Assembly: GCA_013314755.1 (NCBI GenBank)
Contig: JABUFA010000021.1
Coordinates: 251 to 64,250 of the forward strand
Direction of reading: 5' to 3'
DNA length: 64,000 nt
Origin: Chthonomonadia bacterium
GTDB lineage: Bacteria; Armatimonadota; HRBIN16
Positions 48,914 to 57,600 of this stretch are shown in pieces. Every line of letters starts with the position of its first letter. Position 1 is the first letter of the stretch. The notes under the pieces were generated by a model. The model did not search any database. It was given only the letters and a program-made list of their open reading frames with translations, and had not been told where the DNA came from. A program made the position numbers and the translations under genes.

Positions 48914-50986
48914 ATGAACGCGCAGACCGCACCAGAACTGAGCGTAGCACCACCAGTTTCTCTGGGACGCTACCGGCTGTATCACTGGCAGGACGGCACC
49001 TTCTGGATAGCGATGCCGCAGGGCAAAGCGGAGGTGCCGCTGGTGGGCGTCAACGCGCCTCTGTCCCCCATCACGCTCACAACCTCTCACGAACACCACG
49101 CCCTGTTTGTGCGCAACCTGGACGCCCGAAAGGGCGAGGCAGCCCTGTGGGATGAGCGCGTGATAGACAATGTGCCGGTGCGATGGGAAATCCTGCTCGA
49201 AGAACAGGATGGCGACCTGTGCATGCAAATGCACTTCCTCAGTTACGGCTCCCTGCAGGCTGAGGTGCACTTTTTGTTAAACCTTGACGATGAAAGTTTA
49301 ACCAGAATCTTCTCGTGTGCCCATCCCTCCGCGCTGATAGAGACGGCGCGCCACACTATCTCCATCGTCACCCTTCAGCCCGCAACACCTGCCTGTCTGC
49401 GCCAGGAGGGGGAGGAGCGACTGGTGTGGACCCTGCCTCCTGCCAGCCTGCACCAGCAGAGTCTGCACCTGCGCGTCCATGTGCAACCGTGCGAGCAGAA
49501 GGGAGAGGCTCCTGTCCAACACGTGGAGTACAGAGGTTCGCTGTTCGTGCCAGAGGCGTTCTCGGCTTCCTCTCTCAAGCTCCGGGCGGCGGCGCAGAGT
49601 GCGGTTGCTCTCCTGCTGAACCCCGACAGGCAGGCACATCTCGCCGAAGACCAGGTGGTGCTGTGGGTGGCTCCGGGCGACCGCCGCTTCAGTGCGTTCA
49701 CCATCGCCGCGGCGAAGGCGCTGTTGGACTGGAGGCGGTTTTCAGGAGAGGAATCGGCGGCGTGGACGGCTCGGCTCGCCATGAACAGCGCGATGGAGTT
49801 TCAGGTGCTCAACGCACAGAATGCCAACAGCGGCGCGTGCTGGGACACGGTGGACGAACACAAACAGGGCGCGGACATCACCGGACGACGGCGCTTTAAC
49901 CTCCATCGCAATGCCCAGCTGTTCCAGCACCTGCTTCTGCTGCACCGGGATACCGGCTCTGAACTCAGCGTGAGGGTGGCGTTCAACGGCATCTCGTGGC
50001 TCCTGCTGAAGCGAGGGGCAACGGGCAGATACGACGGTGCAAACGTCCTGCCGGATGGCACGGTAGAGAGAGGCGACGGCAGGGGAATCATGGGGGCGAT
50101 TGTGTCGGTGATGTGCACGGCATACGGTCTCACCGAGACGGAAGCGTACATCCACGGGGCGAACCGCCTGGCAGAATATCTCCTGCGCGATTGCTGTCAG
50201 CCGCTGTCTCCGGGCTCCGTGATGTCTGCCGAGCTCCCGCCCAGCCTGCAGGATGACGTGTTCGCTGCCTCAAGCATTATCCAGGGTCTGGCACGCCTCT
50301 ACCGTGCCTACCCGCATGAGCAGTGGCGGGACGGCGCCCTGCGTATGGCACAGTGGCTGCGCCTGTGGCAGATTCAGGCGGACTTAGAAGGGGTTGGCGA
50401 AGCAGGGGAGGTGCTGGCGGGGGAAAGAAGCCCGGGCGGCTTTGTGGATGCCAGCATCGAAGCGGCAAGAGGTGCGCTGTGGGCGTTTTCTCTGCAGCGA
50501 GACACTCGCTGGTTCGCCTACGCCACACGCGCCCTGCACACGGCAGCAGGTTATCTTGACCCGCTCGCCGGCTTTCCGGATGCCAAACTGGCTTACCCCG
50601 ACCACGTACACGCCCTTGCGCTGTTCGTGCGCGCCTATCTGCACTGGTTACTCTCCATCCCCGCGCTGGCGCCGGAGGTGGAATGTGACCCCGACCTGCT
50701 GGTGTGCCGCTATGGCAATCGCATCTTCGTGCCGGAGCCCAGCCTGTGGCAATCAGTGCGCGTGCAGGCACGTGGGCTGATAGACTGGGTGGCGCTGGCG
50801 TGCCCGGCGACGCATGACGTGCTGGTGGCGGTGCTGACAGACGGAAGCAGTGGTGCTGCGCAGGTGCATGCCGGTGAGCATCGCCAGCTAGCGACCGACC
50901 TGATAGGCGGCGACACGGGCGCGATATACCCCCTTCATCCTGTGCCCGGCGTTGGCAGTGTCGGCGTGTACATCCTGCAGGCGTAA
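48914..50986 (+). CDS. hypothetical protein, possible (alpha/alpha)6 barrel core
   Basis: Repeated helical units (EAYIHGANRLAEYLL; GLARLYRAYPHEQWRDGALRMAQWL; RWFAYATRAL). Start ATG 48914 after AGG. Confidence 0.6.
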   Translation: MNAQTAPELSVAPPVSLGRYRLYHWQDGTFWIAMPQGKAEVPLVGVNAPLSPITLTTSHEHHALFVRNLDARKGEAALWDERVIDNVPVRWEILLEEQDGDLCMQMHFLSYGSLQAEVHFLLNLDDESLTRIFSCAHPSALIETARHTISIVTLQPATPACLRQEGEERLVWTLPPASLHQQSLHLRVHVQPCEQKGEAPVQHVEYRGSLFVPEAFSASSLKLRAAAQSAVALLLNPDRQAHLAEDQVVLWVAPGDRRFSAFTIAAAKALLDWRRFSGEESAAWTARLAMNSAMEFQVLNAQNANSGACWDTVDEHKQGADITGRRRFNLHRNAQLFQHLLLLHRDTGSELSVRVAFNGISWLLLKRGATGRYDGANVLPDGTVERGDGRGIMGAIVSVMCTAYGLTETEAYIHGANRLAEYLLRDCCQPLSPGSVMSAELPPSLQDDVFAASSIIQGLARLYRAYPHEQWRDGALRMAQWLRLWQIQADLEGVGEAGEVLAGERSPGGFVDASIEAARGALWAFSLQRDTRWFAYATRALHTAAGYLDPLAGFPDAKLAYPDHVHALALFVRAYLHWLLSIPALAPEVECDPDLLVCRYGNRIFVPEPSLWQSVRVQARGLIDWVALACPATHDVLVAVLTDGSSGAAQVHAGEHRQLATDLIGGDTGAIYPLHPVPGVGSVGVYILQA

Positions 50987-50999
50987 ACAAAAGTTTGCG

Positions 51000-51028
51000 T
51001 TGTCACGGCGTGTGGATTCTGCTATAAT
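51000..51028 (+). promoter_or_regulatory. dnaA promoter
   Basis: TTGTCA-17 bp-TATAAT; RBS AAGGAGG precedes GTG 51064. Confidence 0.75.
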
Positions 51029-51063
51029 TCGGCGTTGGACGAGGAAAGGAGGGCGGGCTCGAG

Positions 51064-52470
51064 GTGGAGGACCAGTTGCATCTGGGCGAAGACGAAAACA
51101 CGCTGGCTCTGCGCCGCGCGTGGGACCGGGCGATGCACACGCTGGCAAACCGCGTGAACAAGCCCTCGTTCGAATCCTGGTTCAAAAGCATGAAGCCCGT
51201 CTCCTTTGACGGGGAGAGGGCAGTGCTGGGCGCACCGAGCCCGTTCGCCTGTGAGTGGGTCACCAAACGGTATGGCAACCTGGTGCGCGAGGTGCTGTCT
51301 CAACATTTGGGCAGGTCGGTGGAGGTGTCCATTATCTATCTGCCCCCCGACAAGCGCCCCGTGCTGGGAGAGCCGCCCGCCGAAGAGCCGTCTGCTCCAA
51401 AGGAGACCGTACTTCCCGTAGAACCCGAGCCAGTTGCCTTCGAAAAGCCGGTGTTGAACCCGAAATACACCTTCGAGAACTTCGTGGTGGGCAATTCCAA
51501 CCGGCTGGCGCAGGCGGGAGCCATGTCGGTGGCGCGCGCGCCGGGGCAGAGCTATAATCCGCTGTTCATCTACGGTGGGGCGGGGCTGGGCAAGACGCAC
51601 CTGATGCACGCCATCGGGCACTACATCCTGCAGGCGCATCCGCGTCTGAGGGTCGCCTATCTCTCCGGCGAGACCTTTGCCCAGCAGTATGTTGCTGCCC
51701 TGCGGGAACACCGCATTGATGTCTTTCGGCAGAAGTACCGCAACGTGGACGTGTGGCTGGTGGACGATATCCAGTTCATCGCGGGCAAAGAGCACACTAA
51801 AGAGGAGTTCTTCCACACCTTCAACGCGCTGTACCAGATGGGAAGACAGGTGGTGTTCGCCAGCGACCGACCGCCCCGCGAACTGCACGCGATGGACGAC
51901 CGCCTCCGTTCGCGCTTCGAGGCAGGGTTGATTGCGGACATCGCACCACCGGAGTTGGAAACCCGTATAGCTATTTTGCAAAAACGTGCACAGATTGAGG
52001 GCATTCAGGTTCCCGACCAGGTGATCTACCACATCGCCTACGCGGTGGAGGGCAACGTGCGCACGCTTGAAGGAGTGCTCATCTCCATCGCCGCGCGGGC
52101 GTCGGTGCACGGCAAACCCATCACCCTGCAGCTGGCGAACGAGGTGCTGGCAAGGCACTACGTGGACGAAAAACAGATGCCGGTCATACCTACCGAACAG
52201 GCGGTACTGCAGGCGGTCTGTCAGCGATTCGGGCTGACAACGCAGGATATTCTGGGCGACCAGCGCAGCCGCGAGGTGTTGATGGCACGGCAGATAGCGA
52301 TGTATCTTTTGCGCGAGAAGGCGCAGCTTCCGCTTCAGCAAATCGGGCAGATGTTTGGCAAGAACCACTCGACGGTGCTTCACGCCTGCAACCGCGTGCG
52401 CAGTAGTCTGCACAGAGACGCCGAGATTACCAGCATCATCCACGATTTGGACACACTTTTGGGCAACTGA
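51064..52470 (+). CDS. dnaA: chromosomal replication initiator
   Basis: LNPKYTFENFVVG, YNPLFIYGGAGLGKTHL, VDDIQF, EEFFHTFN, RLRSRF, GNVRTLEG, ARQIAMYL, NHSTVLHA. Confidence 0.97.
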   Translation: MEDQLHLGEDENTLALRRAWDRAMHTLANRVNKPSFESWFKSMKPVSFDGERAVLGAPSPFACEWVTKRYGNLVREVLSQHLGRSVEVSIIYLPPDKRPVLGEPPAEEPSAPKETVLPVEPEPVAFEKPVLNPKYTFENFVVGNSNRLAQAGAMSVARAPGQSYNPLFIYGGAGLGKTHLMHAIGHYILQAHPRLRVAYLSGETFAQQYVAALREHRIDVFRQKYRNVDVWLVDDIQFIAGKEHTKEEFFHTFNALYQMGRQVVFASDRPPRELHAMDDRLRSRFEAGLIADIAPPELETRIAILQKRAQIEGIQVPDQVIYHIAYAVEGNVRTLEGVLISIAARASVHGKPITLQLANEVLARHYVDEKQMPVIPTEQAVLQAVCQRFGLTTQDILGDQRSREVLMARQIAMYLLREKAQLPLQQIGQMFGKNHSTVLHACNRVRSSLHRDAEITSIIHDLDTLLGN

Positions 52471-52860
52471 GGCTTGGTCATTGTTGAAACATTTGCTATA
52501 AATGTTCAAAACTTTGTTGAAAACTCCCCAAAAATTGTTGAAAACTCTCCTGGAGTGTTCAAAACTTTGTTGAAAACTTGCTCACTTCCGCCCGCGCCGC
52601 ACCGATTTCAACAATTTTGTGCAGGTTTTCAACAGAGTTTTCAACAATGCATTGTTGAAATCTTTGCTATCTGTGTTGAAACTGAACGAACTAATCAATT
52701 GGATAAATAGACAATTTCTTGATTTTATAGAGACGAAAATAAGCATAATATCAACAAAACACGATTCCGATACACGCAAATACTACCGAGTTTTCAACAA
52801 TTTCAACAAGTACATAATAATAAATAAGGGGGAGAGTGTGCATTCACAATGTTCAAAAAC
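52471..52860. other. oriC: probable replication origin oriC with non-canonical DnaA boxes
   Basis: AT-rich intergenic region right after dnaA; TTTTCAACA exact at 52515, 52536, 52568 (reverse) and 52626, 52638, 52791 (forward), plus 8 one-mismatch copies. Confidence 0.85.
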
Positions 52861-53467
52861 CTGTAGGAAGGGAGGAAATCGGTTTTCTTCCTCGTGCCAG
52901 ATAGAACTCTGGTTCATCAATGACTTCCACATCAACCCAACCTGCCTGGGTCAGCATTGTCCTCATCTTATCGGCTGGAGGTACCCGGTCCTCAAAAACG
53001 GCTTGGTGCTGACTGTGTATTCTGTTCACTGCTTCTCGACCGATGGGATGCGAAATTACCACCAGCCCACCCGGACGCAGTACCCGCCACGCCTCCTGCA
53101 AAGCGGTCTTCTTATCATCGAAGTGCGGAAACACGGCGTTGCACAGCACGCGATGGAAGCTTTCGTCCTTCAGACCTGCGCGCTGCATATCACCGTGCAC
53201 CAGATGCACATTGGGCGGAAGCATTCTCCCTTTCGCCTGCTTCAGCATCTGCAGAGAGATGTCTAACGCGACGACCAGTCCGCTCTCCCCGATTGCCTCC
53301 AGAATATATGGGATCAACACCCCGGTGCCTGTACCCACGTCCAGCACTCGCTGTCCCGGCTGCAGGTCAGACAGCAGAACTACCCGCGCCAGACGCACTG
53401 AGATATCTGCGACCCCCTGGCTATCCCATTCCTTTGCCAGACTGTCGAAGAACGCGCTTTTGTTCAA
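52853..53467 (-). CDS. class I SAM-dependent methyltransferase (UbiE-like)
   Basis: FFDSLAKEWD, VLDVGTGTG, ALDISLQML, NAVFPHF. Stop/start overlap with the permease gene. Confidence 0.88.
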   Translation of the reverse strand: MNKSAFFDSLAKEWDSQGVADISVRLARVVLLSDLQPGQRVLDVGTGTGVLIPYILEAIGESGLVVALDISLQMLKQAKGRMLPPNVHLVHGDMQRAGLKDESFHRVLCNAVFPHFDDKKTALQEAWRVLRPGGLVVISHPIGREAVNRIHSQHQAVFEDRVPPADKMRTMLTQAGWVDVEVIDEPEFYLARGRKPISSLPTGF

Positions 53468-54285
53468 CTTTTGCCTCCCGTCCGTTTTGGAGATAGGGTA
53501 ATTGCTATCAGCAGACCGGCGGTGGAAATCAGCACAATCATCGCGCCGCTGGGCAGGTTAAACAGCACGGAAAGTGCAAGCCCAATCCAGCCCGCCATGA
53601 CGGCAAAAACCGCCGACAGCACGAACAGGTTTCTGAGGTTGTAGGTAAGCTGATAAGCGGTGGCAGCAGGATTAATCACCATGCTGAACACCAGCAGTCC
53701 TCCAATCGCGCTGAGCGATGCAGTGATAGCGGCACCACTGCACACCAGCACCCCGTAAAATATAGCGGTTGCCGGCAAGCCCGACGCACTTGCCAGCTCG
53801 CGGTGGAAGATAACCGCCTGAATCTCTTTGAAGAAGAGCGCAGTCAGCATCACTATTCCGCCGGCTACATATCCCAGCACACGCAGGTTATCGCTGGTGA
53901 CGGTCAGCACATTTCCCCAGAGCCAGCTCAACGCCTCGCTTTTCGGTCCCGGAAGGAGTGCAAGCAGGAGAAAAGCCAGCGCAATAGAAGCGGAGAACAC
54001 CACGCCGATTGCTGTATCGGGGCTGAGGTTGCCTCTGTCTGCCAGAGGACCCAGAACGCCTACAGCAAGCAGACTACCCACCAGTGCACTGCTCAGCGGC
54101 GATATTCCAAAGTGAAGCCCAACCAGCGCACCTGCGAACGCCGCATGAGAAATACACACCCCAATGAACGACAGGCGCATCGTTACCACCAGCACGCCGA
54201 CGAGCGAGCAGGCTACTCCCGACAGCGCGGTGGCGAGCATGGCGCGAAGCATGAACTCTTCTTTCCAGATGTCCACCCACGTCAT
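53464..54285 (-). CDS. metal ABC transporter permease (ZnuB/MntB family)
   Basis: ISHAAFAG, DTAIGVVFS, LWGNVL, IGGLLVFSMVINPAATA, LPSGAMIV. Start moved to ATG 54285. Confidence 0.9.
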   Translation of the reverse strand: MTWVDIWKEEFMLRAMLATALSGVACSLVGVLVVTMRLSFIGVCISHAAFAGALVGLHFGISPLSSALVGSLLAVGVLGPLADRGNLSPDTAIGVVFSASIALAFLLLALLPGPKSEALSWLWGNVLTVTSDNLRVLGYVAGGIVMLTALFFKEIQAVIFHRELASASGLPATAIFYGVLVCSGAAITASLSAIGGLLVFSMVINPAATAYQLTYNLRNLFVLSAVFAVMAGWIGLALSVLFNLPSGAMIVLISTAGLLIAITLSPKRTGGKS

Positions 54286-55004
54286 GTTAGCTCCCGCCCG
54301 ATGTATGTCAGAAGGTCGCGGGCTTGCAGGTCGCCCAGAATGCTTCCACCCTCCATCAGCACCACTCGGTCGCATAGCTGAGCGAGAAAGGGAGCATCGT
54401 GCGAGACCACAATGGTGGTCAGATTGCTTGCCTGATGCACCTGGCGGATCAGGGATGTCAGGTCGCGCACGAACTGCCAGTCCACCGAGCTGGTGGGCTC
54501 GTCCATTAACAGCAGATGCGGTGCTGAGGCGAGGGCGCGTGCCAGCAGGACTCTCTGCTGTTCCCCGCCGGAGAGATGCCCAAACGGCTTATGGGCAAGA
54601 TGCAGGACGCCCATTTTCTGCAGAGCATCAGCTGCCGCCTGGTGGTGCGTGCGCGAGGGAAAGCGCAACAGTCCAATGCGGGCATATTGTCCCATCATCA
54701 CCACGTCCCAGGCGCGTACCGGCGTGCGCGGGTCTATGTTCAGCATTTGCGGCACGTAGCCAATCTGCTGGCGCAGTTGCGGCAGGTAACTGCCGGTGCA
54801 TGGGACGCCGTTTACCAGTATCTGTCCCTGCCGAACGGGAACCAGCCCCAGGATCGCCCGAATCAGCGTGGATTTACCTGCGCCGTTGTGCCCGAAAAGC
54901 CCCAGCAGTTCGCCCTGCCTTACCCGAAGCGATATGTTGCGAAGTGCAGGTGTCTTTCCGTAGAACACCCACACTTCGCGAAGTTCACAGGCAACCTGAG
55001 CCAT
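54282..55004 (-). CDS. metal ABC transporter ATPase
   Basis: GHNGAGKST, GYVPQ, LSGGEQQRVLLARAL, LLMDEP. Confidence 0.93.
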   Translation of the reverse strand: MAQVACELREVWVFYGKTPALRNISLRVRQGELLGLFGHNGAGKSTLIRAILGLVPVRQGQILVNGVPCTGSYLPQLRQQIGYVPQMLNIDPRTPVRAWDVVMMGQYARIGLLRFPSRTHHQAAADALQKMGVLHLAHKPFGHLSGGEQQRVLLARALASAPHLLLMDEPTSSVDWQFVRDLTSLIRQVHQASNLTTIVVSHDAPFLAQLCDRVVLMEGGSILGDLQARDLLTYIGRELT

Positions 55005-55837
55005 CTCTTCTGCTTCGTCCGTTTGACCTTGCCGACCGCGGAGATGACGCGCCGAACGTTCTCACGCAGACAGGCTTCCCAGCTTGCCGTGTTGGGCAGT
55101 CCGCCGGGGAAATTGCTGAGCAGTACATGCTGTGCGTTCAAATCTCGCGCCAGCTCCACGCCGGTGTTCGCGCCGCTTTGCAGGTTGTCAATCACCAGCC
55201 GTACCCCTGCCTGTCGCGCGGAGCGTACCACGTTCAGCCATTGGGCAGGGGTCAGGTCCTCCGCACGCCCATAGCTCACCACCACCTTCAGCTCCATCCA
55301 ACGCAGCAGCGGCTCCAGCATATCCGATCCTGCAACAGGTGTACCGGGCACGCCAGCGCGACGCATGCTCCTCCTGAGCTCGTCTTCCACCGCTCTGGCA
55401 CGCTGGCGCAGGCGCTGCAGGTTGCGGCGATACTCGTGCGCTCCGTTTGGGTCAAGCCGAACAAGTATGTCGGTGACTCTTTCGCCTGCTTCCAGGAAGG
55501 TGGCGGGCACGAGCCAGTTTCCCTTTACGCCGATACGATGGACCACCGTGTCTCCACCTGCTACCTCGCCGATGCGGTCGATAAATCGCTCGAACTGGTG
55601 CGCAAACAGCACGCGCGACCGCTTGATAGTTGCCACGTCGCCGGGGCGCAGGTCAAAGTGTCCGGGACATGAAGCCGGGGGTATCAGTACGTTGACCTGT
55701 ACCCGTGAACCTCCGATTTCGCGAAGGAGGCTTCCCAGCAGGCTGGTGGTTGCGGTAACCTGCAGGGGCTCGGCGGACGTGCCCCCCGTCACACCGAGCC
55801 ATATCCACGCGATGAACAGCACCGTTAGTCTTCTCAT
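54920..55837 (-). CDS. metal ABC transporter substrate-binding protein (ZnuA-like fold)
   Basis: Signal peptide, [36 protein letters not shown]. The 3' end overlaps the ATPase by 85 nt. Confidence 0.82.
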   Translation of the reverse strand: MRRLTVLFIAWIWLGVTGGTSAEPLQVTATTSLLGSLLREIGGSRVQVNVLIPPASCPGHFDLRPGDVATIKRSRVLFAHQFERFIDRIGEVAGGDTVVHRIGVKGNWLVPATFLEAGERVTDILVRLDPNGAHEYRRNLQRLRQRARAVEDELRRSMRRAGVPGTPVAGSDMLEPLLRWMELKVVVSYGRAEDLTPAQWLNVVRSARQAGVRLVIDNLQSGANTGVELARDLNAQHVLLSNFPGGLPNTASWEACLRENVRRVISAVGKVKRTKQKRWLRLPVNFAKCGCSTERHLHFATYRFG

Positions 55838-56520
55838 GGGTTGCCTTCGTAGGTGATGTCCCAGTAGTAGCGCATGGTGCTTTCGGGCACTACCGTCAGC
55901 GGCGCGTTGTTCAGGGTGACGGGGTTGCCCTGACCGTCCTCGTGGTCGGTGTTGCTGTGGTAGGCTTCGGGCTTCAGCCAGCGCACGTGCCCATCGCCAA
56001 AAAGCAGATTCGAGCCGCCGCCATGAATGCGCGTGACCGCCCAGTAACAGGTTGCTCCCCCAGCGAAGAGTCCAGCTGGACCGACTGGAGGTCCGGCGTT
56101 ACAGCGGTCCCATTCTACCACCAGGATTTTATTTGCGGGAGCTACCACCGCCGCCATACTGCGCTCCTGAAAGCCGACCACCGGCGGTGTAATGTTCGCG
56201 TATCCGATGTTGTAGCCCTGCCCGTAATACCACGGCAGGTGCTGGCGGCTGGGACACCTGTTAATGTCGAAGGTCTTGATATAGGGCTGGAGGCGGGTTT
56301 TCCACTGGTACACGGGTGGGTATACCTCGTCGTAGTCCGCCGTGTACATGTGGAACGCCAGACCCAGCTGTTTCAGGTTGCTCTGACAGGTAGCGGCACG
56401 TGCCTTTTCCCGTGCCTGAGCAAAGACGGGGAACAGTATTGCCGCCAGTATCGCGATAATCGCGATGACCACCAGCAGCTCAATCAGCGTGAAGCCTGAT
56501 GGTAGTAACCTGTTCTTCAA
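55834..56520 (-). CDS. prepilin-type N-terminal / DUF1559 / H-X9-DG protein
   Basis: [59 protein letters not shown] start with AGGAG 10 nt upstream. Confidence 0.88.
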   Translation of the reverse strand: MKNRLLPSGFTLIELLVVIAIIAILAAILFPVFAQAREKARAATCQSNLKQLGLAFHMYTADYDEVYPPVYQWKTRLQPYIKTFDINRCPSRQHLPWYYGQGYNIGYANITPPVVGFQERSMAAVVAPANKILVVEWDRCNAGPPVGPAGLFAGGATCYWAVTRIHGGGSNLLFGDGHVRWLKPEAYHSNTDHEDGQGNPVTLNNAPLTVVPESTMRYYWDITYEGNP

Positions 56521-56557
56521 AATCGTGCTACTCCTGGTAGACAAAAAACGCCCGCGG

Positions 56558-56977
56558 TTATGCGAGCGACTTGCCTGTCGTGGTACAAACGAGCTTTCCA
56601 TGTTTCACCCCTCGCGTACTGATGAGTTTATCCGCTATGGCTCGCACCTGCTGGGCGGAACCGCGCAATACTACCACCTCCATGCAGTGATGTTCGTCCA
56701 GATGCACGTGCGTGGTGCAGATGATGGATTCGAGGTGGTGGTGTTGCAGGTGCGTCAGGGTCCGCGCCAGTTCGCGCATCTCATGGTCGTACACGATGGT
56801 CACCGTGCCTACGACCTCGCCGGTGTCGCTCTCCCACTCGCTTTCCACCAGTGCGTCACGCATCAGGTCGCGCACTGCTTCTGAGCGGGTGCGGTAGCCT
56901 TTACGTTCGATCAGGCGGTCGAAGGCGTCCACCAGCTCTGACGGGATAGATACTCCAAATCGCTTCAGCTTTGCCAT
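56558..56977 (-). CDS. nikR: nickel-responsive regulator
   Basis: RHH strand [13 protein letters not shown], metal site H...HVH-x5-C ([13 protein letters not shown]). Confidence 0.95.
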   Translation of the reverse strand: MAKLKRFGVSIPSELVDAFDRLIERKGYRTRSEAVRDLMRDALVESEWESDTGEVVGTVTIVYDHEMRELARTLTHLQHHHLESIICTTHVHLDEHHCMEVVVLRGSAQQVRAIADKLISTRGVKHGKLVCTTTGKSLA

Positions 56978-56980
56978 AGC

Positions 56981-57026
56981 GTAACACCTTTTGAATTATT
57001 GTAACACAGGATGTCGTTAGCGTCAA
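56981..57026 (-). promoter_or_regulatory. nikR promoter with candidate NikR operator
   Basis: Minus strand TTGACG-17 bp-TACAAT. GTGTTAC-13 bp-GTGTTAC (56981-57007) covers the -10 element and the RBS. Confidence 0.75.
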
Positions 57027-57032
57027 GCCGCT

Positions 57033-57515
57033 TCACTGCACCTTCTTGCCGTCGATGAAGGTGGTTTCCTTCAGCGATTCGGTCATCTTCACTTTCCAGC
57101 CCTGCGGGGTTTTAACCCACGTGTCGCGTGTCGTGGCTCTGGTATACGCCCTGTGGGGTTTGCCCTGCGTATCCAAAAAGGTAAAAGCCAGCTCCTCCTC
57201 GGTGGTCACCAGCACGGTGTTGCCCTTGAACTCCATCTTCTTGATGGTGGTGGTGCGCTTCTGGACCGACTTCATCATCCTGAACTGGTCGCGCATTGCC
57301 GATTCCACCATCTGTTTGTTCATCACGCCCCCTGTCTGGGTTTTATACAGGAAGTCTGGCGTCATCTGGCGGAGCAGTCCTTCCAGATTCTTCTGCTTGA
57401 AGTACCGCACGGTTTTGGCGTATTCGGCGCGAATCTGCCGCTCGGTCTTTTTGTCCGCGGTCGCGATGCCAGCAAGAAGCAGAAAGATACTCATCACGGT
57501 AAATATTGTTCTCAT
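57033..57515 (-). CDS. secreted SnoaL/NTF2-like (DUF4440-type) protein
   Basis: Signal peptide; alpha+beta pattern ending DTWVKTPQGWKV. Confidence 0.75.
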   Translation of the reverse strand: MRTIFTVMSIFLLLAGIATADKKTERQIRAEYAKTVRYFKQKNLEGLLRQMTPDFLYKTQTGGVMNKQMVESAMRDQFRMMKSVQKRTTTIKKMEFKGNTVLVTTEEELAFTFLDTQGKPHRAYTRATTRDTWVKTPQGWKVKMTESLKETTFIDGKKVQ

Positions 57516-57600
57516 GTCGATTCTCCCCCTTTCTCACAATGTTTTTACACAAAGGAATGGGAATATCCTGTTGGGAGAACTCCGGTGCTCCGAAGAAGAG

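Noticed and set aside
51011-51019. TGTGGATTC, a 7/9 match to the canonical DnaA box, in the dnaA promoter spacer
   Set aside because: A single two-mismatch copy is expected by chance. It would matter only if DnaA proved to bind canonical boxes.
52482-52860. Short regular repeats that could be read as a CRISPR array or plasmid iterons
   Set aside because: The units are 9-mers in both orientations with no unique 30-40 bp spacers and no cas or rep gene; position after dnaA fits oriC.
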